Origin: Podospora anserina
Lineage: Eukaryota
Direction of reading: 5' to 3'
Length of the DNA: 64,000 bases
Assembly (NCBI GenBank): GCA_017654855.1
Contig: CM030335.1
Span: 558,001 to 622,000, forward strand
Of this stretch, positions 25,182 through 40,900 are shown in pieces. Position numbers and translations under genes: made by a program. The notes under the pieces are model-generated. The model worked only from the letters and a program-made list of their open reading frames with translations, was not told the DNA's origin and made no database searches. Position 1 is the stretch's first letter; each line of letters starts with the position of its first letter.

Positions 25182-27068
25182 TTTGATGGTTTTGGTTGGT
25201 TGGTTGGAAAGTGAAGATTTGTCTTGAGTAGATGGCTTGTCTGAAGGCTTGATGGTGAGGATGATGAGAAAAGGCGGCTCGATGTCGTGATGATGGCTCT
25301 CTTTTATAGACAAAATCTCGAGATGATCCTTCACAAGCAAACGGTCTCGAGTCTTTCCGTCTTACTCCTCGGTGTAGTCGATCTGTGGAGCTCATGATGT
25401 GTTTTAGGATGCTGTTGTCATCAGTACTACCTGCTACAGGTGCATGTTGTGTGAGATGATTCGATGGGAGTGGGTGGCCAATGGTTGAGGCGGGCGGGTA
25501 GCTGTGTAGCCGTTGTAACGTTGAGGGTGCAAGCTGTCTCTGTTCAGCTAGAGCCTCACTTTTGGGGTTGCACCGAACCGCAGGATCTGCAAAGTGGTTG
25601 AGATCATGCCTACAGAGGGTCTAATCGGGCGACCTGGACCCCTCTCCAGATTCGAGTGCCTCTCCTGAACTGATCGAGAACTTTGATGTTGGAAGTGTCA
25701 GAGTTGACCTACTCGTTTGGATATTTCAGCTATCTATAAGGCATCTACTACAAAGCACTGGCTTGATCTGAAGTCAATTTCACGATAGAAGTGACTGCTG
25801 CTCAGATCTGTGCTCCTGAATCGCACGGTCAAACCGGGTAACCGGAGGCCATCGAATGATGCGGAGGGGTGGCGGAGAGCCTCCGGGAGCATGGTCTTGG
25901 CTACCGTCGTATTGTCGCTTGTCTACCTTATTTTTCCCAGGGAATTGTGGGCTTCTCACGTTGAGGCTCTCGGCTATATGCAGGAACGTCAAAAATGGAA
26001 TGGCTCTCGGTCAGCGATTTGGTCGTTGGCGTCGCCGTTGAGATCTAGATCGTAGTAGCCCAAGAAGCTTGTGCCGTATACCCAGTTCACACAAAAGAAG
26101 TTTCACTAATACCTATCGAGAACACATATTCGTTTGCAGTTGCCTGTTGTAGCTCTCTCCATGTGCTTCGAAGCCTGTCAAGTTGTCCATCAAAGCGTCC
26201 GTCAAGGTGCTCGCCAAGCTGCTCGCCAAACCTTGACAGTGGCTGGTCGCGGGATAGGACAGCACGTAGACCCTTAATGATCGGCGCATATAGACATACA
26301 CTTCTCTGTATCAGGCAGGTCAAGATCATTGACGTCGGATCTCTCGTTGTTTTGTTCCTGACAGTTCGCCATCCCCATTCGATATTGTAACCGTCACGGC
26401 GTCAGCACTGTGGAGTGCGCTAACCCCGTTGAAGCAGCTACGACAAGCCTCCCCCAGATCGTCCTCTTGTCTGACGGGAAGGAACACGGGAAGTGGACCC
26501 TGGATCGGCGAAATCTATCCGTAGTCGATGTCAGAACGCCATCTAGACTGCGATATGTCGTAGCACTTGTGTTGAAGCTTGCCCTAGATAGGGCTGGTAC
26601 GCCCCGCCTTCGAAAACATCTCCAGTCTACGGAGGAACTGGAGTGAATAAGAAAAGGAGAAGCGCGTGTTGATCGTGCCACAGCCGAGGGAATTAAGCGA
26701 AAAGCAGGCGCTTGTCGCTTGATTTGTGCAGGAGCAAACACGGAGGAATTTTCCGTGGAGCCCGAAACAGCAAAAGTGAACGTCTCACGAGCAAGCAGCA
26801 TCACCTGATTTACCTTCTTCTTTCGTGTGGGAGCAATCATCAGATTCAAAACTGCTCTACATCAAAATAAGCACCAGACTTGATTCCAGGTTACAATCTT
26901 AAGATCTTCATCATACGGAGCAATCTTTCTCCTGATCTTTGCCACAAAAACATCTTGACATAGCTCAGCCAAGGCCTCGGCTACGACTCTCTCCGCTTCT
27001 CCCCCGCACCCAACACTGATGTCCATCTCCACCAGCCACTCTGCCACTTCAGTTTCTTTTACAAACTT

Positions 27069-28401
<1,333 letters not shown>

Positions 28402-30510
28402 TTTTGGTGTTGTGGAACGTGAGATAGGTATGGTAGGTGCTAGGTTCGTTATTGTTTCTGATCAGATCTGAAGGGTGAAGTCAAATCTTTGAACACAGGA
28501 TGTAGAAGATGGAGCCTTTCAACGACACACCGACGCAGCTATTTATCCACCGCGTCATCTCCTCTGACCGAATTCCGCAAAGACACCACGGATGTCGCCG
28601 CGGACAGGAAGGCCAAGGCAGCCATGTCTCTCGACCGTCACCTCCACGATCATTCGTCGTTTCTTGGGATCTGCGTTTCGTCTTTTATCGCAATGGCTTG
28701 CGTAACTCAGCCCTGTACCGACACTCTGCTCTAGCGGCAGCCAAACAGAAGCCAAGATGCTGCCAAAGTCCAGCTGGAACCAAACATTTCACGGCTAGAC
28801 ATGCAGAAGAGGAGGGGTCTAGATCATTAACGTGCCCGGTACTGGTGGAGGGCATGCGTAGGGCTGAGTTGATGAATGCTACATTATGCAGCCACTATGC
28901 GGTTGACTCCCGCTCATGACCAATGCTACCTGCCGTGGCTTGCCTGGCGCACTGTTTATTGATTCTCGGTGCGTTTTGGCAAGAGGTGTAGGGTGAAATG
29001 TCACATTCACACCGAGGACTTTTCACCATCAGTAGAGAGGGACCATGGTTCATCATGTTGATGGTGAAGGATCAATGTTTGAATGATATATTGACCGCTT
29101 ATGCGCCACAGATCATGGGATAGTAGAGCTTCACCTGGTTGGGCGACGTACGAGCTGAGGACAAACGCCACATTTTCCCGTCTTTTGTGTAACTTTTAGA
29201 TAACAACCTGGAGCACAACTACCTACCCCACGCGGCAGAAACAAGCCCCCCTTGATGTCTGGGGAGGTGGAGGGCGACAACACTCTCACTGTGAAGATCT
29301 GTCTCAGCAGTTTTCGTGGTTCCCGCAATCACCGAGGTGGCTTTTGAGAAGAGTCACAGTCTTCAGAATGTGAACTTGACAAAGAAAGAGAGAGGTCGAG
29401 CTCCGACGCCACTAGCGGTGATGCGTCAAGGGATTCAGGGGTAGCTTGGCTCACGTGATCTTTGAAACTTGTTTTCACTGCCATCAATGTTGGATTTAAG
29501 AGGAGAAAAGATGGAGTACAAGAGGACGATGCCGTATTATAAAGTTAAGGAGTCTGTTTCATGGGAATGCAACGGAGGATGTGGGGAGAGAGGGTGGCTG
29601 GAGCGACATTTGTTTGGTGGATAAAATCCATCCAACTGAGACAGCACGGGGCCCACCTGCGGGGGTGCCATGCGGAGAACGGCCCCGAGTCCATGGTTTG
29701 AGATGCTCCGGTTCGCGGGGATCATGGTGCAGGGTTGATGAATGGTAAGTTTGCACAGACATTGACGGCGGCGTTGTTGATACCATCGAACTAGGTAGTC
29801 GAAGACTTGGTAGCATTTTTTCCCACCAAGCTAAAAGCTGCCTTCCGGTGGGGTTGGACGTTCACTAGAATTTGGAAAGTGAATATTCTCAACTAATCCT
29901 ACACCTCGGTACGCTCTCACTGTCGGCCTAGTTGATCTTCGGTAGCGGAGGACTTTCCGGATTAGGAGCTAGGAAGCTCAGGGGCTCTCAACTCCCGACG
30001 CCAACCCAGGCGGAGAAATCAAATCCGGGGTGCAGCTTGACGTCGACACTTGCCAAGCCATGTCGGTGACAGCTTCATCAAGGAAGCAGGGCCGCACCTC
30101 GGCCAACTCCTCATTCTTGGACGAGGCCGAGATGGTCTCCATCGTAACGGTCTCGTCGTGACACATGGCAGGAAAATACGAAACACCGTGGATCTCCCGT
30201 TCACAATTATCCGGGGTTCTCTGAGCGTATGGAGGATCTCCGTCCTTCCGTGGATCAGAACAGGGAGCATCGCCGGGTGCCAATACCTGCACCTAACTGT
30301 ATGCAGACTCTAGTCCTTTTCTGACCGAGATATGGCTCGTATGACATGGAGTTACGGGGAAAGGTAGAACGGGTTGTTCCGTAAGGTAGGTATGCTTGCG
30401 AGAATCAAGTTGAATGACAGGTTTCGTCTGATCTATAAAGCAACTGTCAACAGCCCATATGTTTCGAGATTGTGGTCGGTCAATCATTCATCGACAGTAA
30501 ACCGCCCAAA

Positions 30511-31375
30511 ATGTTCTCCAACGCCGGACAGATTGCTCTCACCCTTCTCGCCGCTGCCCCTACGGCATTGGCCTGCCTGGGCTACACCGGCGGCCTTCCC
30601 AAGGCCACTGGGAATGTGGCTCTGACTGCGCCCATCTACGTCAAGGCTGGTCAGGTCTACGACGGTGGCTGGCGCAAGTTTGACAGAAACCCCAGCAGCT
30701 GCAATGGCCAGAGTGAAGGTGGTGAGAAGGACACCGCTTTCGTTGTTGAGCGTGGTGGTACTCTCCGCAACGTCATCATCGGTAAGACCGTCGGTGAGGG
30801 TGTCTACTGCAAGGGTGGCGGCTGCAACCTCGAGTTCATCTGGTTCGAGGACGTCTGCGAGGATGCCATCTCCATCGTAAGTGGACCGGTCTCCGACCGC
30901 CAGATTTCTACGGTCCGATCTAACCCCAATTACAGAAGGACGACCGTCCGGGAGATGTCACCAACATTATTGGTGGTGGTGCCTACCACGCCTCTGACAA
31001 GGTGATCCAGCACAACGGCTGCGGCCGTGTCAACGTGAGTGTTCTTCGAAGCACCCCTCATGGAACGTCCAACTCTAACATCCTCGGTAGATCATCAACT
31101 TCTATGCCGAGAACTACGGCAAGGTCTATCGCTCGTGCGGAACAGTAGGTTAACCCGATTCGGCATGGTTTGCGAGACGTGTACTAACAGCCTCGCAGTG
31201 CCAGAAGTGCGCCCGCGAAGTCTACGTCGAGGGTGTCACCGCCCGCAAGGGTGGCGAGGTTGTCGGCATCACCAAGGCCAACGGTGACAAGGCCACCTTG
31301 GTGAATGTCTGCACTGATGCCAAGACCCCGTGCCAGAACTACAGCGGTCCTGGTGCCAAGGACGGCGCTTGCTAG
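30511..31375 (+). CDS. Pectate lyase, family PL3
   Basis: Signal peptide; [54 protein letters not shown]; 3 introns. Confidence 0.95.
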
Positions 31376-31629
31376 GGGCTGGGCAAAAAAGTATGTCTTT
31401 TCCTCGGGTTCAACACCAACTCCGAGACTCGAAATAAAACGTTTCCATTTCTGGACTTTTCCATCAAAGAGTAAATATCGTGTTTAACATTACTTGATAC
31501 ATGCTGCATGTCCTCATCATACATACACAAAACCCGTGGTGTACAACCATCGCCCCCCAGCCCCAGGATATCATCACACACGAAAGAAAGAAACAAAAGC
31601 CTATTAGACACCTCCCTCCCACTTTCGAC

Positions 31630-32935
31630 TCAAGAAAACCCCCCATCCCCCTTCCCCCTCCCCCTCTCCCCCTGCCTATCACCCACCAACTCCTCCCCAG
31701 ACTCCCTCTCCAACCCCATCGCATCAATAGCCTGCATCTCCATATCAAACTCACTCGGCAGCGTCCTCAAGCTCCCATCCCTCCCCTGTCCGCCCCTATC
31801 ATACAACCTCGTGAACCCCTCCCTCTTCTGCCAGTGCTGACCCGGCACCATCGGCAGCGGCTTCTGCCCTCTGGTGATAGTACTGGCGGTATTCTGCGAC
31901 GTCCCACTAGCAAGTGGATCAACCTTCAGATTCCTAGCATAGTATTCTTCCCTCGTCGACAAAGCAGGCATATGCGACTTCCTCGTCGGCCCGACACACC
32001 CCAGCAGGGGAGCCAAGAAGGGGAGGTTCCCGCAGGTGATGCCGACCGACATTTCGAGGTAGGTCCACACGCCGGTTTGGACCTGGGACGAGTTGAAGAT
32101 GTCCCTGTCGGAGCCGATGAGGGCTATCCAGCGGAAGAAGCTGGCTACGAGGACGCTGGTTTGGTTAGTTCCTGGGAGTAGTGGTGGTGGAAAGGGAGGG
32201 GGAACGACGTACAAAATACCGAGACTAAAGACCCCCACTAAGCCGATTTTTGTCCTCCTCGGCACCCGAAGTTTCATCAACGGCGGGATGGGCATCACGA
32301 AAATGATGACGTCCCCTAGCGAGCTGATGATTGCGTTGGGGACACCCATCCTGTGGACTGGGTCTTGGAGGCAGGAGCCGGTTTGGTCCTTGTCCCAGAA
32401 GAAGGAAGGGGGTTTGCACTGGAGGGTTGTGCCCAAAACGTTGGCGACTGCCCAGCAGCCTGTGAGGATGGCGACGATCCAGGAGATGCGCCGGAAGGTG
32501 GCGCCTTGGAAGATTGTCATGTGGAAGATGATGAAGGAGAGTTTGATGAGGAAGAGGGTTGGGGGTTGGAGTTTCTGGATGATCCAGATCATGAGGAGGA
32601 ATTCTTTGAACCGTTCTTTCCCGAGGACAGGGATTGGGACGCCTTGGTTGGGTAGACCTGTTGTTTTTGTTAGTCCCAGAGTGTGATTAAAGGATACCTA
32701 ATTCAAGTATGTGGAAAGAGGATGTCGTACCGTAGAGCAAACATGCCACTGTTCCATAGCTCAGTATTAGACCACCCGTCATGCACCAGTCTTCCCTTCG
32801 TAACTCCTTTATGATCTTTAGCCGCGCGTATATTCTCGCTACATGTGACCCAGTTGACAGGATCAGGCCGATGACCACGGTGGCGAGGATGTACTGTTGT
32901 TTTTGCTCCGTGCTGAAGTTGTCCAGTTGGACCAT
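31630..32935 (-). CDS. Pth11-like / rhodopsin-domain integral membrane protein
   Basis: ARIYARLKIIKELRREDW, IKLSFIIF, QCKPPSFFWDK, DVIIFVMPIP, WTYLEMSVGITCGNLP; 2 introns. Confidence 0.88.
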
Positions 32936-34832
32936 CTTGGCGATCTTGTAGGGCAGTGCCCAAATGTAGCGGTCAAGGATGGGAAGCAAATCCTTTGACA
33001 TTCACTGGCATCTCAAACGAGTGCTGGGGTGAGGTGGATAAATTGCGTCGAACCGAAGAGTAGGATCTGTGGATGATGAATGCGGAGAATTAAGAGGGAA
33101 AAGCTTTGACAACGAGAAAGGTGAACTTGGAAGACGAACACTGGGACCCCGGAGTTATCTGTGTCCTGGTACCAACGGGAAGGATTTATGTTTTGCATGC
33201 TTCAGTGCTACATCAAGTGAAGTTGTACGTGCCTCATGGTGGTCAAGAACGGCAGATGTGCCACTGAGGTTTCTGGGGCATGACAGGGGAGGGGTCGACG
33301 GTTACCAGGATCCCGGGGATCCCATTGCAGCAGTAGGGTGTAGGAGGTTGGTTACACAGGACCTGCAAAGAAAGGAGAGGAATCACGGCCCCTGGTGTAC
33401 ATCAAGCAGCAACGGTGGACCAGATTGGTGGCCAAGCCCTGGTAGGGCCAAGTCAGACCGCAAGGCCAAGAGCCAAACATCACCAACAAGACGATAGTCC
33501 TAGTCAGAAAGCTGCTGGTGGTGTGTGGGAAAAGAGTGCTTTAGTCCCAAGAGACGCAAGGTCAGCAAAGTCAACATGCAGATCAGCATCTTCTTTTCCC
33601 AAGCGATGTAATGGTGGCACAAATAAACACTGCCGCCTGTCAGCTTGTGACACCCTGTTGGCGTCTAATTTCTGGTGTAAGGTTGTAGTACTAATCGCCA
33701 GAACTACCGGACAGCCGCGATCCTCCTGTCTTTTCTGGCTGTTCTTGCTTGAAGGATCTGCCCCAGCTGGGGAGAGATGGTTTTGTGATACACCAAATCA
33801 TGGAACTTTGTGACATGTTGGGAGATCGAGATGACATTCCCGATGACATGCAGACATGAGTTCATCTCACAGTAGGTAGGCCATCACATTGGAGGTTGAT
33901 ATCACAGGGGCACAAGAACGATAGCACAAGTTGCCAAAGTTCGGGAAGGATTTTACGTAGCGTCCCTCCCCGCCCCCGAGTTACTTGCATACACACAAGT
34001 GCTATCCACTTGCGGGTCGACCCTTGAACCCCCCCGAGGCATAGCGTGGGGAGGCACAGTCAGCACCCTCCCAGCCGGCTTCACGGATTTCAGCGGACTT
34101 GCTACCCTATCTATCAAAGAAAAAGAAGGTTCGGCAGTCTCCCGCCCGAGAGAGATACGGCAGAAACGAAAACTTGGGACCGAGACAGATGGGGAGTGGA
34201 ACAGGTGCCATTCTGCATGTCTGGGCCCCGAAAACTGACGGGATGTCAGTGGATGATGGGTGGGTGGGCGAGGCCGCTATTGGTCTGTTCAAGATGCGGT
34301 TGGCCCTTAGCAGTCCCGGTTTTGGGACTTGTTTTAACTTCTTAAGGCCATGCCGCCCCCCTCCCTTCTTTGTGCCTCTTTAAGACTTTGGACTTGGAGT
34401 AACACAACAGCGCGGAAGTTATTCCTATATGCTTTGCCGGCCTGAAAGAGGAATTCGTGAAATCCTCGGTGAGATGTTGCAGCGAAAGAATCGCTGCGTA
34501 CCTTAGGTGTCTTGGCACGTGATGATAGCCCGTTGGTATTACGTGATGTTTAGTACTGTAGAAGCCCCCCACGTGCGCCACAGACATGCAGACGTGCCCA
34601 GCCAACGGCCACGGCCGCCTCGGGCGAGTTGACAAAGTCCCGGCCGGGTACGAAGGGACCGCACCGAGCCGATTCGGGGCCGGGAGGATCAGGGTCCAAG
34701 CTGCATGTCATCGCATCCGATCAAATGACTCGGGGCCGGTCAATCTGATAGATTTTGGGCAAGTTCCGATTTCTTATTTGTATGATATTCCCTTTGTTTC
34801 TCGTACAATCGTCGTTCAGTGATCTTGCCTTC

Positions 34833-35927
34833 TCAGAGATCTGCAGCCGCCTTAGTATACAAGCCGTTCAACTCTTCCACCTTGTGGTTCTGGAGGAACT
34901 CCTTGAATGTCAGCGGCTTGACATCTGGATAGCGCCCATTATCCAGTTTGGTTGGAACATAGGTCTGTCCGTTCATGATATAAGTCTGGTAGTTACTACA
35001 ACACTGTTAGCTTTCCCACCCATCAAAAAACTCGAATGTCTACAAAAAACATACTCAGCCAACCAAGCAAAGATATTTTGCGGCTCTTTCTCGCGCGTGG
35101 TCTCCATCTTGGTCTGCAACTCCTCCACCGTACCCAAACAATCCAACCTCGGAGCTACTCCATAAACCTCCTCAAACTCGGCCGCAAGCTGCTTCGTACT
35201 CTTCCTGTCACCAAGAACTGATCCATCATTAGCCACCTGCTCTCTCTCTCTCACACACACACACATACACACACAACTGGCTTAGTTGCCATCACTCACA
35301 AGTCACAACCCCAACCGCCTCCTCATCCAGCGCCACGTTGGCAGAATACCTAGCAGCATCATCATAACTCAACCCCTCCCAAACCTCCTCCCCAGTCCCC
35401 CAATACCTCATCACCACCCCCTCCCCCTCCCCCGGCCTAAAAACCCCAAAATAATCACTCCAAAGCGTCTCGTAAAAAATTCCAATCAACATATGCACCC
35501 CCTTGACCTTCCTCCCGTCCTCCTGGAGAAACTCCTTCACTCTCTTCTGGCAATCCTTCTGAGGGTGCTCCCCATACTGAAGTTTATCATAATCCAGCGT
35601 CCAATCCCCCGCGACATACCTTTCCACCCCTTCAGCTTCGCACGCCTCAATGAGGAGTTTCTGCCCCTCAGTCATGAGGCGGGGGTCGCCGAAAAAGCCG
35701 CAGATCACCACGTCACATCCCGAGACGAAATGACGTAGGGCGGTGGGGTTGTATGGGTCGCCTTGGGTGATGGTGATGTTTTTGAGGGTTGGGTAGGAGG
35801 TGGCTTTGGAGAGGTCGCGGCAGTAACCTTTGATGGTGAGGGTGGGGGAGAGCGCGAGGAGGTGATGGGTTATTAGGCGGGCGAGGCGGCCGGTTATGCC
35901 TGCTATTCCGACTGTGGTGACGGGCAT
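34833..35927 (-). CDS. NmrA-like NAD(P)-binding oxidoreductase
   Basis: VGIAGITGRLA Rossmann motif, GQKLLIEACEAEGVERYVAGDW; 2 introns, the first containing a CA/CT microsatellite; ends YTKAAADL*. Confidence 0.88.
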
Positions 35928-36727
35928 GATGGCGTCGGGGCCGTATGAGATTGATGGCTAGAGTGGAAGGATGAGTCTGAAAAAAGAGGAGTCGATGTAG
36001 GAGAATAAATGGTGAGTTTGAGGGAATAAACGAGGAGTGCTCCGTGGTGATCGGCGAGGTCCGCCTGCTGTTAACGACGCTGGGTTGAGGTTGGCTTCGA
36101 GTTCGAACTTGCGCCAATGCTGGTTTATACGAGTCGGGAAGTTGGAAACAACCTGGATTGGCGTGGCAAGTTCACGGAGAGTGGTGAAACTTTGTTACGG
36201 TGTTGCGTGGTTGTGATGTTGAGAGAGAGAAATGAGGGGTTGAAGGCCAGGCCGACATGACCCCAGTCCATATCAGGAGAGAAGCTATCGCACCATACCT
36301 GTTACTGTTTTTCGCTGGGGTTGTGATTGGAAAGTGACAATAGCCAAGATGATAAATCAAGCTTGGAGGTGTCAAAACGTATATGGGGCCGTTGTTGTAC
36401 CAGGGTGACTTGCCCGGGTGGCTGGGAAAGGCCGGACCCAGTGGCCCAGGTCCCACTGCCAAGATATTAATTCCTTAACAGTGGGCCCGGTTGACGATTT
36501 TGACAGGAGGTAGAACCCCGGTCATAAATGGTGGTGCGTGCTGGAAAAGAAGCAATTCAGAGAGACGATGCCAAGAGCCGGCTAACTTACTGCGGGTTAC
36601 TTTCCGTGGAAACATCCTCACGTCTGAAATCGTAGTTGGAGAAGACAAGGTACCTTCATTGAGTCATAGTTTTGATGGTATTGGATATAAGCTCTCTCTA
36701 CAGTTATCTTCCGAACAACTTGAAACA

Positions 36728-36910
36728 TATGGTTGCTCTCAGGGCTCTGGTCCCACCTTTTCCAGGCCCGCGTACACAGGTTGCTCCCAGGGCTTGTATT
36801 TTGCACACTTTTCTGTAGTTATTCTCTGCTGGTTAGATTTGCTCATTATAATCACCTTCACCATATTCTGCTTTACCTTTTGGCCCAGTGTCCTACGTCC
36901 CAGAGAACTA
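36728..36910 (+). repeat. Diverged solo-LTR-like relic related to the copia LTR
   Basis: Blocks colinear with the reverse complement of the 43549-43734 LTR: AGGGCyCwGGT, TTTTCC(C)AGrCCC, ACACmGGTT(T)GCTC, ATTTGCTyA, CCAGTG, TCCTAsGTC. Similar length (about 183 bp). Confidence 0.55.
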
Positions 36911-37808
36911 GACCAAGTTACTAGTTGGAATAAAACCAGGCTAGCAGGCAAAACGACAGTCTAAATGACATGGGCCATCTCGTTCCGCTGTAACCTAGAA
37001 AGGATCAAAGCTCAGGTAATTTGAAGTGGTATCAGACACTCAATACCACATTTGCAGGACCGAAGGAACGACAGTTCATCAATGTTCTTTGAACTCGTAA
37101 TCTTTTCTGCTAGGCACAAAATCTCTCCAACCTGACAATAGGTATCATCGGTTGAAACAGACAGGGAAGTAAAAAGTCACCGACCGCCAGGCAGGAAACA
37201 GGAATAGCGGACATGGCCGGCTTCATGCCCTTCCCATCACCCCCCCTCGGGTCGGCTAAAGAAAGAGAAGTAAAAGAGAGAGTGTTGTTGTCCACCATGC
37301 TACCCCATTGTCTTCAGATCATCACGCCCAGTAGCTTGGTCATCCTCATTACCCGTTGGCACATATCTTCTTACGGCGCCGCCGCCGCAGCAGCAGCAAC
37401 GTCAAGAATCCCACCAACCGTGGCTTTGGGCTCGACCGTACCGACGCGACCTTGCTCTAGCCGCACCTGATGGAGCTGATCCGGTCATTGAAGTACCCGT
37501 CGCCGTCACCGAGATGGTCGTCCACCTGGTTGGCGTATGAACGACCACTGCAGCCGCCATGCCTGAATGTCTTTTGTTAGAGCTGTAAAAGCAGTGATCG
37601 CAAGACGGGGAAGTACTTACTCGAACCACACGCAGCGGAAGAGGTTTCTGTCCTGGTTGATGATCGTGCTGATCCTGTCGTTCCAGGCTGCGGGGACGTT
37701 GACTAAGTGATGGGATCAGTATGTCAGCACTGCCCTGGCACCCCCAGAAAGTTGGTGTCACTCACAGCATTGAGCGATAGGAGCATTGAACGTGATGCAG
37801 GCACCTTG

Positions 37809-37993
37809 TGTTGGGCTGGCGACCTAGGAAAGTCACTGGCTGCGAAAATGAGGCTAAAATGGCCAAAAAAAATGGTAAGCAAATTGGTATTACAGTAGTT
37901 GGTTGTTGGTTAAAAAGTAAACAGTAAGAAAATCCAGCCCCAAAAGCAAACCGGTGTGGGTCTGGGAAAACCTGGGCCCTTTAGTGCCCCACA
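37809..37993 (-). repeat. 3' LTR of the copia element (185 bp)
   Basis: Direct repeat of 43549-43734; preceded on the minus strand by a short G-run (putative PPT, plus-strand cccccc at 37994-37999). Confidence 0.95.
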
Positions 37994-40900
37994 CCCCCCC
38001 ACAGACAGCACACCGCCGTCCAAAATGAAGCCATCGCCAATATCCTCCGAAGCCCAATATACGCCCAGATTCTTCCACTTCCTTTGACTCCTTTGCCCAA
38101 TGCCCTAGTGGCCTTTTTCCCATACAAATACACGTTCTCCTACATATCTCAAACCGGAAAATCTCGCATTCCCAACAGCTACACAAACTTTGCGTGCTTC
38201 TCCCTTTATAGTGCCTTTGTAAATCCATCCGCCGGCATCTCCAACCCAGAGATGTATTGAATACCAAATCTTCCTTCCTTCACTTATTCACCCACCCACT
38301 TATACCGTATATCGATACACCGGGTCCTAGCGATATTCTAAGGGTTCAGAACTGTAATTTCGGCGTTCTTACTATCGGTGTACAGCATGTATAGCCTTGG
38401 CTATGGCACACCACAGTCTTCCAATATCTTTAACACCCACTACAGTAAATACCCTATAGGCGTCAGGTTAGCAAACTCTACCTCCGTCGTACTCAGGGCG
38501 ACGAAGGTCTACTTCTTACTCTTCCACAATACTGGCCCACTAGCCACGAAAACGATGTGGCCGCCAGTGGAATATCTCTAAGGTAAGACATCCGCGTGTA
38601 AGGCATCTACGAATCCCACAAGCTTCATATCTTCTACCGAGAACTCGGAGCCTCCCAGTATAATACACAGCTTCCTAGTGGCAGCCAAGTACCGGAAAAA
38701 GTACTTCATCAACTCCAAGTGACGTAGTAAAGGCCCAGAATTACCCCCGCAAAGGCGGTTAACGGTGAAAGTAATATCGGGCCGAGTGCCGGTAAATAAC
38801 TAGTTCAACGCACCGGTCTTCCGAATATATTCCTTCACTTCCGCGGTCATTTTCTCCCACGTAAAAGGGAGCTCCAGCTTAGCTGGCCACGGCGTAGCCA
38901 CGCCGGCCATATCTTTATAGCCAAACTTCTTAAGTAAGGCGTCGATATAGGCCACCTAGGATAGATAGACCTACCTCTTCCCGCGGTTCCTCACAATATC
39001 AAAACCCAAAAACCTCTTCGGCTCGCCTAGTTTCTTAATACTATACTTACTTTTTAGCCCGGTAGCGATATCTTTAATAATTTTCGTCGTAGGCGTTAAT
39101 ATAAGTAAGTTATTTACGTACAGGACTATTAGGGTACCTATCTCTTTATAACGGAACAGGTAGAGGTCTAATAAGAGGGTATCGAAGCCCAGTTTAACTA
39201 TTACAGGTTTTACTATCTCGTACCAGTAGATAAGTAATTTCCTTAGGCCGTATAATACCCTTTTAAGCCGGCATACTTTACTTAATAGCTTACTTAAGCT
39301 ATCTAGTAGTCGTACGTAGTACTGTACGGTGTTAGGGATTTTAGCGTTAAGAAATGCTATCTTAAAGTCGTATTAAAGGTACTCCTAATTATTTACGGTT
39401 ATAATAGCCTAAAAGTATTTAACTGCCACGTTACTTATAACGGCGGTATAAACGTCCTGTGTGGCCCAGAAGTCCCTATTAAAGTTGCTATATACTACCC
39501 ACCTTACCCTAGCCTTTACTTTACTAATTTAAGGGTCTATCTTCTTATCGTATATTTATTTACTCGGTAAAACGTTATAGCCTTTCGGCGTATCTACTAG
39601 CTTATAAATATCCTTTTCTAATAGACCGGCGTCCTGCTCCTTTATAATAAGTAACTAATACTTATAATAATTCTCGAACTTCTTTACTTACCGGTAATTT
39701 CTAGGTATATAGGATTTATTAATAGTTTATAGAAGGTAATCGATTTTAACCGTAGATAGGGCGTAAGTTATTATTTTATATAGTCGTAGGTTATCGAAAT
39801 ATACTATAAAAAAACTTTAGTAAGGGTATTTACCTTACTATAGTTTTTTATAAAAGTCTAATCCTTAATTTTTTATTATTACTCTACGAGGCCGCTCCTA
39901 AGCCGGCGGAGAAGCTACCGCTTCCTCTATATAGCCTATATTAAGCTCGAAATCGTTATTAAAATCTTTAATTAAACTTTCCGTACTTAAATCTAGTAGC
40001 TTACTATTAGCTTAATTATTATTAGGCCCCCCTATAGCCTTACCCTCTTCCCCCCTTATTAGCCTCGTAAGGAAAATAAACTTTTTTATAGTAGGAAAGT
40101 TAGTAGTATAGAGCGCTTAATTATAGTTTAGTAAGATAGGTACCTCGGACCGTATATCCTTTACTTTTTCGGCGTTAAAAAAGTTTTTTACGTTTAAAGC
40201 CTTAAGTAATAAAAATAATATTAATAACGGCGTAACTTTCGGAGTAAGTAGAATGGTTTACCTAGGGTCTTTGGCCTTCCCTATTTTAATTATTAAAGTA
40301 TTTTACTATAGATCGGGCTCTAGTATAATAATAAATTTATTATTAAAAGTAACTTTCCTCTTTAAGGATACCGTTTTATTAATAATAGTATTTTCTTTTT
40401 CGGCTATAGTATTATTAATAAAGATTACCTCGTACTTAATATCTATATATTTATTATCGTTAGGCCTATAAAAATCGCCTTCGTTAAACTTTATAGTATT
40501 AACTTTTATAATTTTATTAGTAATTAAGTTCTAAACTTAGTATATTTTACTGTATATATTTATATAACCGATAAGCTTTCTTTTCTTCGCCCTAATAATA
40601 AACTTATCCGAATTAGCCCGGTAAGCCGGCTTAACGTAGTAATACGCGTCGCAAAAGTACGAACGTAAATACCGAATATATAGCTTTTACTTACCCTCGG
40701 GTATATTAAGCTTTATAGTATACTTTTCGTAAATACTAATATTTCCCTCGTTAACCTTCGAGGGTAGTAGGTTACTTACGTAAACTATAGACTATATAAT
40801 AAATGGAAATAGCTTCTCTAATACCTTATAGGTTAGTATAATAGCCCTAGTACGGTTAAGCGTAGTTTTCGCGGCTCTCTTTACCTTTCTATTTATCTAC

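Noticed and set aside
25780-27050. Scattered short ORFs
   Set aside because: No coherent splice model or recognisable motif.
28900-30300. Short ORFs upstream of the pectate lyase
   Set aside because: No motif or codon-bias support.
36085-36120. GTTCGAA tRNA T-loop-like motif
   Set aside because: No cloverleaf or acceptor stem can be formed.
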